A stretch of 49,560 nt of DNA from Octopus bimaculoides. Its lineage: Eukaryota. The translations under genes were made by a program, and so were the position numbers. The DNA lies in the NCBI RefSeq assembly GCF_001194135.2, contig NC_068987.1, positions 58,293,153-58,342,712 of the forward strand, given 5' to 3'. The notes beneath the pieces were generated by a model. That model was given only the letters and a program-made list of their open reading frames with translations. It was not told the DNA's origin and searched no databases. Below, piece by piece: positions 13,156 through 25,418 of this stretch. How positions within the stretch are numbered: position 1 is the first letter of the stretch; every line of letters begins with the position of its first letter.

Positions 13156-14310
13156 ATCTCATGGTCATTCATGACCGAAGGAGATCTCCTCCATAAAATT
13201 TAATTAGAGGATATGTTAACCTCGTAAAGGGATGGTTACATTCAAGGAAATACTGGTTCAATACCTAAATTTATTGGGGAATGAAATGCCCTTAAAACAA
13301 TCTACTATAATAATACTTTTGTGTTTTTCTCCGTCACAACATATGAATGAGAATGGAAGGGCTGAATGTGTGTGGGGGTATGTGTGTGTGGGTATGTGTG
13401 TGGGGTGTATATATGTGTGTGTGTGTGCACGCGCGCGTGTATGTGTGTGCAATGGAAGTGTTATGGTGAACATTCAACGCTGAAAAGAAAAATCAAACAG
13501 CGTTTCAACTGTGTGAGTATGTGTGTACATATATGTTCATGTACAAGAGAAGTCTGTGAATGTTTGTGTGTTTGAACCAGTGTCCGTTCAGTGACAAACG
13601 ATGATCGATGTTACATANNNNNNNNNNNNNNNNNNNNNNNNNNNNNNNNNNNNNNNNNNNNNNNNNNNNNNNNNNNNNNNNNNNNNNNNNNNNNNNNNNN
13701 NNNNNNNNNNNNNNNNNNNNNNNNNNNNNNNNNNNNNNNNNNNNNNNNNNNNNNNNNNNNNNNNNNNNNNNNNNNNNNNNNNNNNNNNNNNNNNNNNNNN
13801 NNNNNNNNNNNNNNNNNNNNNNNNNNNNNNNNNNNNNNNNNNNNNNNNNNNNNNNNNNNNNNNNNNNNNNNNNNNNNNNNNNNNNNNNNNNNNNNNNNNN
13901 NNNNNNNNNNNNNNNNNNNNNNNNNNNNNNNNNNNNNNNNNNNNNNNNNNNNNNNNNNNNNNNNNNNNNNNNNNNNNNNNNNNNNNNNNNNNNNNNNNNN
14001 NNNNNNNNNNNNNNNNNNNNNNNNNNNNNNNNNNNNNNNNNNNNNNNNNNNNNNNNNNNNNNNNNNNNNNNNNNNNNNNNNNNNNNNNNNNNNNNNNNNN
14101 NNNNNNNNNNNNNNNNNNNNNNNNNNNNNNNNNNNNNNNNNNNNNNNNNNNNNNNNNNNNNNNNNNNNNNNNNNNNNNNNNNNNNNNNNNNNNNNNNNNN
14201 NNNNNNNNNNNNTATATACATATATATATATATGTGCGTGCGTGAGTCGTCTAAGAGACCATAAGTCAGGGAAAAGATGCACTCGTATATCTGTCAGTAG
14301 GTTGGTATAT

Positions 14311-15511
14311 TATCCGAATTTCATACTATTAATTATCCATCACGGCTGCTCTTACCAATCGGTTTCGTGTAAAGAATACAATGGAGTGTTATGTAACATT
14401 CCAATTATATAACTCTACGCTCATCAGAGATAGCTGATATGGAAGCGACTGCTCTCTATTGCCGGAGGTGGATTAGCACAACCGGTTAGTGGCTGCTGTG
14501 AAAAAAGTGTTGAAACGAAAAAGGGTCCAAGGGATTGAGTTAGGAGTTATGTCCCTTGGTTGGGTATGCTGTGAAGCTGGCAAGAGTTATCTTGAAGTAA
14601 TGAAAATGTGTATTATTAATGTGGTATCCCTTCGGGGATGGGGTGTGTGGTATGTGTAGTGGTGTCAGATGTATAATTTTCTCGTGGGTGTAGGTACATA
14701 TAGCTGTATTCGTTGGTCTGTTCTCTTTCTGTAAAGGATAAAGTGGGGGGTATATATATTAGCATGCGGTGTGTAATGTGTGGGGGGGTCTGTGTATATG
14801 TGGGGGTATAATTTACGTGAGGGGTATGTGTTGGGGTAGTGGGGATAGTTATTTGCAGGGTGTCCGCTTTATAGGGGTGTACGTGTGTGTACATGGGTGC
14901 ACTGGTGTGTACCTTGGTCAAACTCTTTTGCTGAGCTCAAGGGCATTGGTGGAAGGTCGAGGCAGGGGTCCTGTGGTTGCAGTCTTGGTGGGGCGCGTAG
15001 GTACGATAGAATGCGGGCAAGGATTAAACACCTTACTCTTGCTATTCAAGTAAACATCCGAGTGTTGGGTACCTTTTGAAATCGCTCTCTTCTCAGTCAG
15101 GCAAAATCTGCACTTCCTGCTGCCATTGAAGTACGGCTTGCATCTTTCTAGGGTCTTCCATTTTATGCTGTACTCTGTGGCGCTTTCTTTCAAAGCCCAG
15201 GCATGCTTGGCTAGGGTTGGGGTGTTACGTCTCTCTGGGATGTTGAATGAGAACTTGTGGTTATTAAAGCGGGATTTTGAAGGGGGTTTTCCGTTGCCCC
15301 ACTTACTTCTGCAGCTCGGTTTTCTATTGGGTCCTGTTGCTGTTACTTCTGCCTGGTAAACAACTGTTTCCGTATTGCAGTGGCCACTTAGTGGACAAGT
15401 TGTGTTACCCCTGCATGAGCATCCTGCCTCAGTCTCGGGTCTGGGCCTACCTCATGAAACCGATTGCTAAGACCAGCCGTGATGAATACTTAATATTATA
15501 AAATTCGGATA
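14311..15511 (-). mobile_element. Penelope-like element 3' fragment (GIY-YIG endonuclease region plus terminal repeat)
   Basis: Minus strand reads CPLSGHCNTETVVYQAEVTA...SRFNNHKFSFNIPERRNTPTLAKHAWALKESATEYSIKWKTLERCKPYFNGSRKCRFCLTEK, a typical PLE C-terminus. No RT is present. 59-bp inverted repeats mark the ends. Confidence 0.9.
14339..14438 (-). ncRNA. Type I hammerhead ribozyme in the Penelope terminal region
   Basis: CTGATGA (14427-14421), stem II GCGTAGAG/CTTTACAC, GAAA (14366-14363), stem III CC-GATT-GG, GTA cleavage triplet, stem I TCT/AGA plus GCT/AGC plus ATCA/TGAT. Confidence 0.8.
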
Positions 15512-16204
15512 GAGAGACAGACAGACAGACCCAAGAGAGAAAGAGGGAGATACGGACAGACAAATATATAAATATAGATGTGTGTGAGTGTAGTATGTTG
15601 AAATATTGGAATGTTCCACCACTATTCTTTATAAAAAGGTGCGGTACTTTCTGACTCTGGTGTGGTTTTGGTATGACCTTCTGGAAAATTTGTGTATTCG
15701 AAGGCTGAAGTCATTGTACTATCCCACTCCACCTGTAGTATAGCACTATAAACCTTAGCAAGGCATAGTGACTCTACTAATTATACCTGAGGTACAGAGT
15801 CAAACACCACCTAACAGTCTAACCATACAATCAGCAGGTTTCGGCGGTTAGGGTAAGGGTTTTGCTTACTGAAGGACAGCTTTACAGAGGAATTGATCAG
15901 TACAGCCCCAGACTATTAGTCACCACATTGTGCGTCGCTTAGTAATCCTCGAGTATTTAACTCGTGTATGATTTACACATCATATTCAAGCACGCTATGG
16001 GTCCATAGTTTCTGGCCACAAACGTCTCCTCGTTTTTAGTTAGTAGTGTTATACGTGCGACTACCAACTAGTTTGACACATCAGTTCTATTGAATAGGTT
16101 AATGAGGGTTGGCCCGTAGAATTTGAGTTTTATTTATACCAATAACCGACTATTAGCTCTTACGTACCTGATTTCTTCTTTGGTAGTTTTGCAGCAACAG
16201 TCAG

Positions 16205-16480
16205 GAGTTTCACTGTGGTTTTGATATGGTTTTGAGAGAGATGTTTACAAAGTACTCATTTCGTAGATCATCTAACAACTTTGTATCAGAATTGTACAGT
16301 TCGTTTACATTCCAGATCTCTCCCCAGAATGACTCTAGTTCATTCAAGGAAGGGTGAGAAAGAGAAAGTGAAGAAGAGAGACTAAACTGAGGAAGAAAGA
16401 AAATCAGACAATGCAATAAACTGACAACCTTTTTGTAGCTTCCAATTTTTTTTTCTAATTTTGGCACAATGCCAGCAATT
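16205..16480 (-). mobile_element. R4/Dong-like LINE fragment
   Basis: HPSLNELESFWGEIWN...LLDDLRNEY matches the FWANIW block of the 5325-8160 element. Confidence 0.6.
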
Positions 16481-18759
16481 TTAGGAGCAGGAGAATTAAT
16501 CGGTTACATCGGTTTCAGTTTTCAAATCGTACTTATTTCATCGACGCCGATGAACTCATAACATAAAGCGCCAGAAGAAATGCTGCCGAGCATTTTGTAC
16601 GATGCACTAACGACTCTNNNNNNNNNNNNNNNNNNNNNNNNNNNNNNNNNNNNNNNNNNNNNNNNNNNNNNNNNNNNNNNNNNNNNNNNNNNNNNNNNNN
16701 NNNNNNNNNNNNNNNNNNNNNNNNNNNNNNNNNNNNNNNNNNNNNNNNNNNNNNNNNNNNNNNNNNNNNNNNNNNNNNNNNNNNNNNNNNNNNNNNNNNN
16801 NNNNNNNNNNNNNNNNNNNNNNNNNNNNNNNNNNNNNNNNNNNNNNNNNNNNNNNNNNNNNNNNNNNNNNNNNNNNNNNNNNNNNNNNNNNNNNNNNNNN
16901 NNNNNNNNNNNNNNNNNNNNNNNNNNNNNNNNNNNNNNNNNNNNNNNNNNNNNNNNNNNNNNNNNNNNNNNNNNNNNNNNNNNNNNNNNNNNNTTTTTTT
17001 TTTTTTTTTGTCATTATATTCACATATATTTTGTTAATGCAGGTGTGTAAATTTCCCGAATTTCTATGATTTGTAAATCTTTTGTGACTATGTTAACAGA
17101 TAATTTTGTGACTCAAGAAAATAGTAGATTCAAGTCCCACGCGTACAGAAAACTCACTTTTTCTATCAAGGGCTTATATGCCCCTATATTAGACTATTTT
17201 CTTTAGTCAATATATGGTGATTGCTTAAAAGCTTTAAGTTTATAAAACATTATCATTATTATTTATAGAATTGTAAAATTGGCACCGCTTATCAAATCAT
17301 CACAGAAAACGCACATGCTGTATTTTGTTTTACTTTGTATATTTTCTTATAATACTAAATACATATGCAACACATTAAACAGAAGTTGTAATAAAAATGC
17401 ATTTTATTTATCATGAGCCCTGGGGTAGGCAATATTCCCTAGTCTCTAGTTCGGCACTCTGATGAGAAATCAGTTAATCCATCATATGAATATGTTATAT
17501 ACAGTTAATGATGAGAGAAACATGGATGGACTTGTCAGTTCTTGTTGGTGGTCACAGAAAAAAACTGTCACTGAAAAACAAGGCACTTGAACTGAAATGG
17601 CATATCTGATGGGATAAGAGGATGTATGGACTGAAAACATCTCCCAGTTGTGAGGGTGGCTAGGATTAATTAGAGTATAAAACATTTAATGAGTTATACA
17701 CATTTATAGGATTTTGGAGCATTCAAATTTCAAAAAGACATAATAGGTGCTCTTATTTTCAGTTGCAGATTCTGGGAAGAGGCAGCTGTGGGGCTGAAGA
17801 GAACTGAAAACAGCTCTGTTAGATAGTTGGTAGCATTGTTAACATCAACTGCAGTGTCTATTGACTTTTGCCAACTGAATTGGACAGGTATCTGTTGAAC
17901 AATGGCATCATTAATAACACTGTAACAAAATTTTTATTTCATTTTTTTTTTTTTTTTGTCTTTGGTCAGTGTTACTTCCTATTTTCTTCTATCTAGAAAT
18001 CAAAAGAAATGACTACTATCCCCTTCAAACTTTGCCTTTGTGACCTAGACCTCAATATTTTGAAACTGATATATTTTCCATTACATTTCAGATTCAGCAC
18101 TGAGTTGCTGAAGCAGAAATGTTATAGTAATTATTCTGCTCAATACCACAAATTTGCTTGACCTTAAACACTTGAGCAGGTTTCTTAGTGGTTGACAATA
18201 TGTGCATCTCAGATCATGAGCAGGAGTAATGAGGGAGCATTATAGCCATGTGTTGAGAAGGACTCTTTGGGGTTTGAATAAATGTAACAAAAGCAAAGTC
18301 TGAAGGAAGTATTGGCCATTTTTCATACTTTCTAAGGGTAAGCAAACAGGAAATAGTAGTTGCTCCCCAAGAACAAGAGTAATGTTACAGTGGTACTGGT
18401 ATGTTATTTTGGGAAGCCAGAATAGCAGCTTTACATAGACACTTTTTTCTGAAGCAAAAGGGATAGCTTTGATTAGAAATGTTCACAACTCTTCAATCTA
18501 TTATTAGAATCTAAAGTGAATTAATTCTACCTGGGAACTGAAATGAGGTTGCCTTGCAGGTTTAATTTGTCTTGTTACTGTAGTAGTAACAAGAATTTTG
18601 TTTGACTAAGCACAAAGGCAATTTACATTTGATAGATGTATTTCATAAATTCAACAAGAGAAGTAAAAGACCAAGTCAAGAGAGATGGGCTTTGGTACTG
18701 GAGTGATATAAAATACTAAAAAGGCATGTAGTACAGTGTTCTGCTGTTTTTAACAATGA

Positions 18760-19590
18760 TAATAATAATTCTTTCTACTATAGGCACAAGGCCTGAAATT
18801 TTTTGGGAGGTAACTAGTTGATAACATCAGCTCCAATGTTTCACTGGTACTTAATTTATCAACCATGAAAGGATGAAAGGCAAAGTTGACAAAATGCTGC
18901 TAAGCATTTTGCCCGATTTTGCAAATGGTTCTCTCAGCTCGCTGTCTTAATGATAATGATAATCCTTTTTACTATAGGCACAAGGCCTGAAATTTTAGAG
19001 GAGGGGATTAGTTGATTACATCAACCCCAGTGTTTCACTGGTACTTAATTCATCAACCACAAAGGCATGAAAGATAAAATCAACCTCAGCAGAATTTGAA
19101 CCCAGAACATGAAGATGGACAAAATACTAAGCATTTTGCCTGGCATGCTAACAATTCTCCCAGCTTGCCGCCTTAACAATGATAATAATAATGGTTTCAA
19201 AATCTGCCACCAGGGCAGCAATTTGGGAAGAGGGCATGAGCTGATTACATCAACCCCAGTACTCAACTGGTACTTAATTTAATGACCCCGAAAGGATGAA
19301 AGGTAAAGCCAACCTTGCCAGAATTTAAACTCAGAATGTAGCAACGGGTGAAATACTGCTAAGCATTTTGCCCAGCATGCTGATGATTCTGTCAGCTTGC
19401 CGCCTTAGACAATGATAATAATAATGGTTTCAAATTCTACAACAAGGGCAGCAATTTTGGGGGAGGGGATGAGTCGATTACATTGACTCCAATGTTCAAC
19501 TGGTACTTAATTTGACAGGCGAAATACCACTATGTATATTTCGTTCAGTGTACTAACAATTCTGCCAGCTTTCGACCTTGTAGAATGATA
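18760..19590 (-). mobile_element. Head-to-tail array of about four family-B SINEs (Deu/Nin-like domain)
   Basis: Repeated roughly 200-230 bp units with GCTGGCAGAATCGTTAGCA...GAGTTCAAATTC...CTTTGCCTTTCATCCTTTCGGGGTC on the minus strand, separated by (ATT/ATC)n. Confidence 0.85.
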
Positions 19591-19781
19591 ATAATAATAT
19601 TAATAAAAACAATTCAAATAGAAATATAGAAAAAATTTAATTTCATCTTTTAGAAATAAAATAATGGATCAATATTCTCTTCTGAAATTGACAAGCAGTT
19701 CTGCAGGATGAATTTATAGTGTTAATAATTACAAGATGATATATTTGGTAGACAGGAGGAGTACTAAACCAATCTCAACTG

Positions 19782-19901
19782 CTATCTATTGTGAGAAGCA
19801 GAGATTTCAGCTAAACCCTCTTCAATTAGACATAGATCCGAAGAATCTTCTTTCATTAGTTGTATAATATGCTGTATTCCGGTTTGTTGCTGTTTCAAAA
19901 G
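19782..19901 (-). CDS. NUP54: Nup54 last coding exon with stop codon
   Basis: Acceptor ttttcctctgcag. Reads LLKQQQTGIQHIIQLMKEDSSDLCLIEEGLAEISASHNR-TAG, cf. HLKQQQEGLSHLISIIKDDLEDIKLVEHGL. Confidence 0.93.
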   Translation of the reverse strand, partial: LLKQQQTGIQHIIQLMKEDSSDLCLIEEGLAEISASHNR

Positions 19902-21065
19902 CTGCAGAGGAAAACAAAATTAGTATTAGAATTTGTATGCTTAATTATATATAAACAGACATACCCCAACTTACATTGTTTCAAATTATGTCCTTTTTGA
20001 TATGTTGTTTTTTGTAGGGAAATTAGTAGTAAAACTAAGCCCCAACTTCAGTAAATTTATTTGAGACTGGTATCAGTCTCAATGAGCACATTTAAAAAAC
20101 TAAAGAAAAAAACAATATTGAAGTGGAAAAAAGTGAAATAAAATACAGGTGAAAATATGTATAGACCATCTATTAAAATACATAAGACGTGGTTGTGTGG
20201 TAAGGAGCTTGTTCCCAACCACATGGTCCCAGGTTCAGTCCCACTACGTGGTATCTTGGGCAAGTGTCTTCTACAAGAGACTGAGACTGACAAAACCTTG
20301 TGAGTGAATTTAATAGATGGAAACTGTATGTGTGTGTATGTATATATATATATATACAGACACGCACGCACAAAAAATGGACACACACATACAGACACAC
20401 ATAAACACACACGCGCGCCCGTACCTAACACTCACAACCCCACACACACACGCACATCCACACACATACACACACACACNNNNNNNNNNNNNNNNNNNNN
20501 NNNNNNNNNNNNNNNNNNNNNNNNNNNNNNNNNNNNNNNNNNNNNNNNNNNNNNNNNNNNNNNNNNNNNNNNNNNNNNNNNNNNNNNNNNNNNNNNNNNN
20601 NNNNNNNNNNNNNNNNNNNNNNNNNNNNNNNNNNNNNNNNNNNNNNNNNNNNNNNNNNNNNNNNNNNNNNNNNNNNNNNNNNNNNNNNNNNNNNNNNNNN
20701 NNNNNNNNNNNNNNNNNNNNNNNNNNNNNNNNNNNNNNNNNNNNNNNNNNNNNNNNNNNNNNNNNNNNNNNNNNNNNNNNNNNNNNNNNNNNNNNNNNNN
20801 NNNNNNNNNNNNNNNNNNNNNNNNNNNNNNNNNNNNNNNNNNNNNNNNNNNNNNNNNNNNNNNNNNNNNNNNNNNNNNNNNNNNNNNNNNNNNNNNNNNN
20901 NNNNNNNNNNNNNNNNNNNNNNNNNNNNNNNNNNNNNNNNNNNNNNNNNNNNNNNNNNNNNNNNNNNNNNNNNNNNNNNNNNNNNNNNNNNNNNNNNNNN
21001 NNNNNNNNNNNNNNNNNNNNNNNNNNNNNNNNNNNNNNNNNNNNNNNNNNNNNNNNNNNNNNNNN

Positions 21066-21265
21066 ACTTTTCCCCCACCACCTCCTCTTCCGGTCCTTTC
21101 ACAATGTAACCTCGTGGGCATTGGTGCCATTTTCCTCTTCCTCCGTTTTTCCATTCTCTGAACTTTCTGTCTTTCCGACGAAGGGCTCCGCCCGAAACGT
21201 CATACTCTCTCTCCTTCCTTTCCCGAGCGTCCAATAACACTATCCGTATCACGTCCTCACTTTGT
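21066..21265 (+). mobile_element. Probable Penelope-like terminal fragment with a minimal hammerhead-like motif
   Basis: GC-richer island next to a gap containing CCGACGAAGGGCTCCGCCCGAAACGTC, resembling PLE terminal motifs. Confidence 0.5.
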
Positions 21266-21297
21266 TGTTTTTTTGTTATTGGTTTTTGTGTTTTTTT

Positions 21298-21345
<48 letters not shown>

Positions 21346-21400
21346 TGCATACACACACACACATATATATTTGAATATATATACGCACACACATATATAT

Positions 21401-21431
<31 letters not shown>

Positions 21432-22312
21432 CACACACATATGTATGTATATGTCTCTGTGAGTTCCTTTATGTCTGTGTTTGTCCCCCTCATCATCACT
21501 TCACAACTGGCGTTGGTGTGTTTACATCCCCACAACCTAACGGTTCAGCAAAGAGACCAATAGAATAAGTATTAGGACTTTAAAAAAACGTCCTAGGGTC
21601 AAAATGATGTGACAAAAACACTTCAAGGCGGTGCTCCAGCATGGCCACAGTCAAATGACTGAAACAAATAAAAGAATAGAAGAATAAGCTAATACATTTT
21701 TAAAAATGATTTTTCCTGTTGTCACATGTCTTGGAACCAATTACCAACGTATGTTGAGGTATGCCAGTATTTATAATTTTTTAATGAAAAATTAACGCAA
21801 CAGCTTGATGTTTGCCAATAATTAACTTCATCTTTCTCATCTCTATTTTCTACACAACATTTCAGTTAGTACATGTAGATGCTTGACATCATTAACAGGG
21901 CAGTGGGTGCTCAACAGAAACTTTGCATTTCATAGAATATGTTGAAGTAAGACAAAAGTCATTCCACTCCAAAGAAACTGTTAGAAAAAATGTAATCGTT
22001 TTGCAGGTCTGGCTTAGCACAGTGAACTCCCATCTCCCATATCATAGGGGATAAGTGCAACAAAACTCAAAACGATTTAAAGTCCTGAGATCAGAGTTGG
22101 TCTAAATTACATTGCTGCCTTGTTAAGAGCAGGCACAGGCATGGTTGTGTGGTTAAGAAACTTGCTTTGCAATCATGTAGTTTCAGGTTCAGTCCCACCG
22201 CATAGCACCTGCAGGAAGTCTCTTCTACCAATCATTGCCTTATAGGTGAATTTGATAGGCAGAAACTGAATGGAAGCCTACCATTTATATCAAAGGAGAC
22301 ACAAACGCTTTT

Positions 22313-22343
<31 letters not shown>

Positions 22344-23278
22344 CACACACACACACACATGATGGAACTTCCATTGACCGAATTCACTCATAAGGCTTTA
22401 GTTGGCTTGAGGCTTTAGAAGACACTTAATCAAATGCACTGTAGTGGGATTGAACCATGTGGTTAAGAAGGGGATGTGTGTGTGTGTACTGTCACCACTT
22501 GACTAACAGTGTTGGTTTGTTTATGTCACCATAACTTACTAGTTTAGCAAAGAATACATAGCAAACTTTAAAAAATATTTTATAGGATTGATTTTTTTTT
22601 TTTTTCACCTAAGCCCTTCAAGGTGCTGCCTTAGCATGGCCACAGTCAATGACTAAAGCAAGTAAAAGATAAAAGATATATCTCACTCAGAGATTTAATA
22701 TAGCTTATTTCTACATAAAAGATAAAACTAATTTAGCAAACTTAATTAGTTCTGTGAGACAAACAAATTAGTGCAACTTGAAGTACTTCCTTGATTTTTA
22801 TTTTCGCATGACATGTTTTAACCTAATTAGATCTAGAAATTAGATGTGAAGCAAGGAGAAGAGTGACAATGATGATGATCACCACAACACTATTATTATT
22901 ACTGCTGTTGTTATAAGCATGATGGAATGGCAGAATTGTCAGACCGCCAGAGAAAATGTCTTGTGCTATTTGTTTCAGCTATTTATGATTAGAGTTTGCA
23001 TCCCATCATGTTCACTTTTCTCATTTATCCCTCTGAGGTTGATTACAATAATGCACTATAAAAGGTTACAGAAGTATAGTAGATATATTCTAAGATAAAA
23101 ATTTTGCAACAAGTGCAGGTGTGGCTGCGTGGTAACAAGCATCTTCCTAACTACATAATCCTGGGTTCGGTCCCACTGCATGGCAACTTGGGCAAGTGTC
23201 TTCTACTCAGGCCAACTAAAGCATTGTAAGCGGATTTGGTAGACGTACGTATGTATGTATGCATGCATGTACATATGC

Positions 23279-23318
<40 letters not shown>

Positions 23319-25156
23319 TCTGTCTTGCAAGTACTTAGTGACCCTGTCAGTGCAGGTGCCACTTAAAAGCACCCAGTTCACAGTGTAAAGTGTTTGGTGT
23401 TTGGAAGGGAATCCAGCAGTAAAAAACCTTGCCAAAACTGACCTCATCTGTGCTTGTGCCACGAAAAAAGCACTAAGTCCACTCTGCTGAGTGGTTGGTG
23501 TTAGGAAGGGCATCCAGCTGTAAAAATCCTGCCAAAACAGTCACAAGAGTCTGGTGCATGCTTCTGCCTGGCTGGCTCTTGTGAAACCATCCCACCCATG
23601 CTAGCATGGAAGGCATATGTCAAGCAACGATGATGATGATGATGAGATAGATAGATAGATAGATAGATGGATAGATAGATAGATACACACACACACACAC
23701 ACACACAAGTGCGCATGTGTGTGTGTGTGCACCTACTACTGACAGACAACCAGTGTTGGTGTGTTTACACCCCTAAAACTTAGTAGTCTTGCAAAAGAGA
23801 CTAACAGGATGAGTACCAAGCTTAAAACAAAAAGTATTAGAGTCAATTCATTTAACTAAAAATTCTTCAAGGCATTGCCCCAGCATGGTCACAGTCCAAA
23901 TGACTGAATCAAGTACAAGGTGATAAGTAAAATAAAAACTGAAAAATGTGAAGGAACAGTGTTATCATTATCATTTTAACATCCACTTTTTGTGTTGCAT
24001 GGGTTGGATGGATTTCAATGAGACAGATGTTCTATGGCCAGATGTTCTATGTTTCCAAGTAAGGTAATATTTCCCCATACTGCTTGTATGACAGTGACAC
24101 TCATGTAAAACTATCACACATTACCAAGTTATGGAAATACAAACGTACACACACAAGCATGGCTGGACACTCTCTCAATTAAACAAGAAATGTTCCAGTT
24201 GGTTCGATCAGCAGAAAAGCCTGCTGATGAAATTAATGTCCAAAATGATTGAGTACTCTACACACACCCCATACTTTTAATGTAGCTGTCAGTGAGATTC
24301 AGCAAGACACACTGAGTGTTACAAGGCTGGCACATTGAATTACTGCTCATCTTTGCCACCGGAAAGAACTGGAGCAACAAGGGCACAACATGCCACAGGA
24401 AATCCAACTCATGACCTTACAATAGTAAGCAGAGTACACTAAACACTAAGCCACATGCCTTCAGTTATATATACACACACACATTTATATACACACACAC
24501 ATATGTACACACACAATTGTCAACAATTGACAAGTCCCTTAACTCGGAACGGAAGGTCGTGGAGCACTGCAGCCATGCAGCATATCTAGGGCAAGAAAGC
24601 CTGGTGGAGCTCATCCCCCTCCAGGTTAAACTCATTTCTACAGCTGAGTGGACTGAAGCAATGTGAAACAAAGTGTTTTGCTCAAGAACACAACAGATTG
24701 CCTGGTGAAGGGATTGAAACCACAAACTTACGATCATGAATTCAACACCCTAACCACTAAGCGATGTGCCATCCTAAGCCATATACACACATACATATAC
24801 ATACACACCAGACATGCACATATACAAACACACACAATGGACTTCTTACAGTTTCTGTCAACTCAATCCACTCACAAGGCTTTGGTTGGCCCAGGGCTAT
24901 AGAAGACATTTGACCATGGTACCACACAGTGGAAGTGAACTCAAGACCATGTGGTTGAGAAAGAAACTTCTTAACCACACGACCATGCTTGTCGCTATAT
25001 GTGTGTGTGTTACATATTAGGCAGCACTACAGATATAAGAAAATTTAACTAATTGTTCCTTATGTGAACAGAAAATAAACCTGAGCATTTTATAAGCACA
25101 AAAAAGTGAAGTTGTAACATTTATGCCTTTCCTTAATGGACTGGTAACTTGTAAAA

Positions 25157-25418
25157 CAGTGGTTCTCAACCAGGATCCACATGACGCTTGGTGTGTGTGT
25201 GTGGGGGGGGGGGCGCATATAGAATTTTGTTGTTAAAATTTATCTGCAGTTAATTGGTTAGACTTCTACAATACACAAAATATTTTAACAATTTTTTTTT
25301 TATACAATTCCTCATATTATAAAAATATGTTTTTAAACATTAAGTGGCTATGAGGTTTCCACCTGAGTAAAATAGGAATCAAAGGGGTCCGTAAGCAAAA
25401 ATTGATTGAGAAACACTG
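25157..25418. mobile_element. hAT (Charlie-like) MITE
   Basis: Ends CAGTGGTTCTCAAC ... ATTGAGAAACACTG; degenerate 8-bp TSD ttgtaaaa / atgtaaag. Confidence 0.7.

Noticed and set aside
17455-17480. CTGATGAGAAATCAG
   Set aside because: Self-complementary hairpin with no downstream GAAA, stem III or cleavage triplet. Same for CTGATGAG near 27805.
17769-17888. Plus-strand segment with acceptor-like (ttttcagttgcag) and donor-like (ag/gtatct) ends
   Set aside because: All three frames contain stops; no partner exons or other support.
21860-21900. C/D-box-like ATGATGT...CTGA on the minus strand in a Nup54 intron
   Set aside because: The boxes are only about 28 nt apart, box C is imperfect, and there is no terminal stem.
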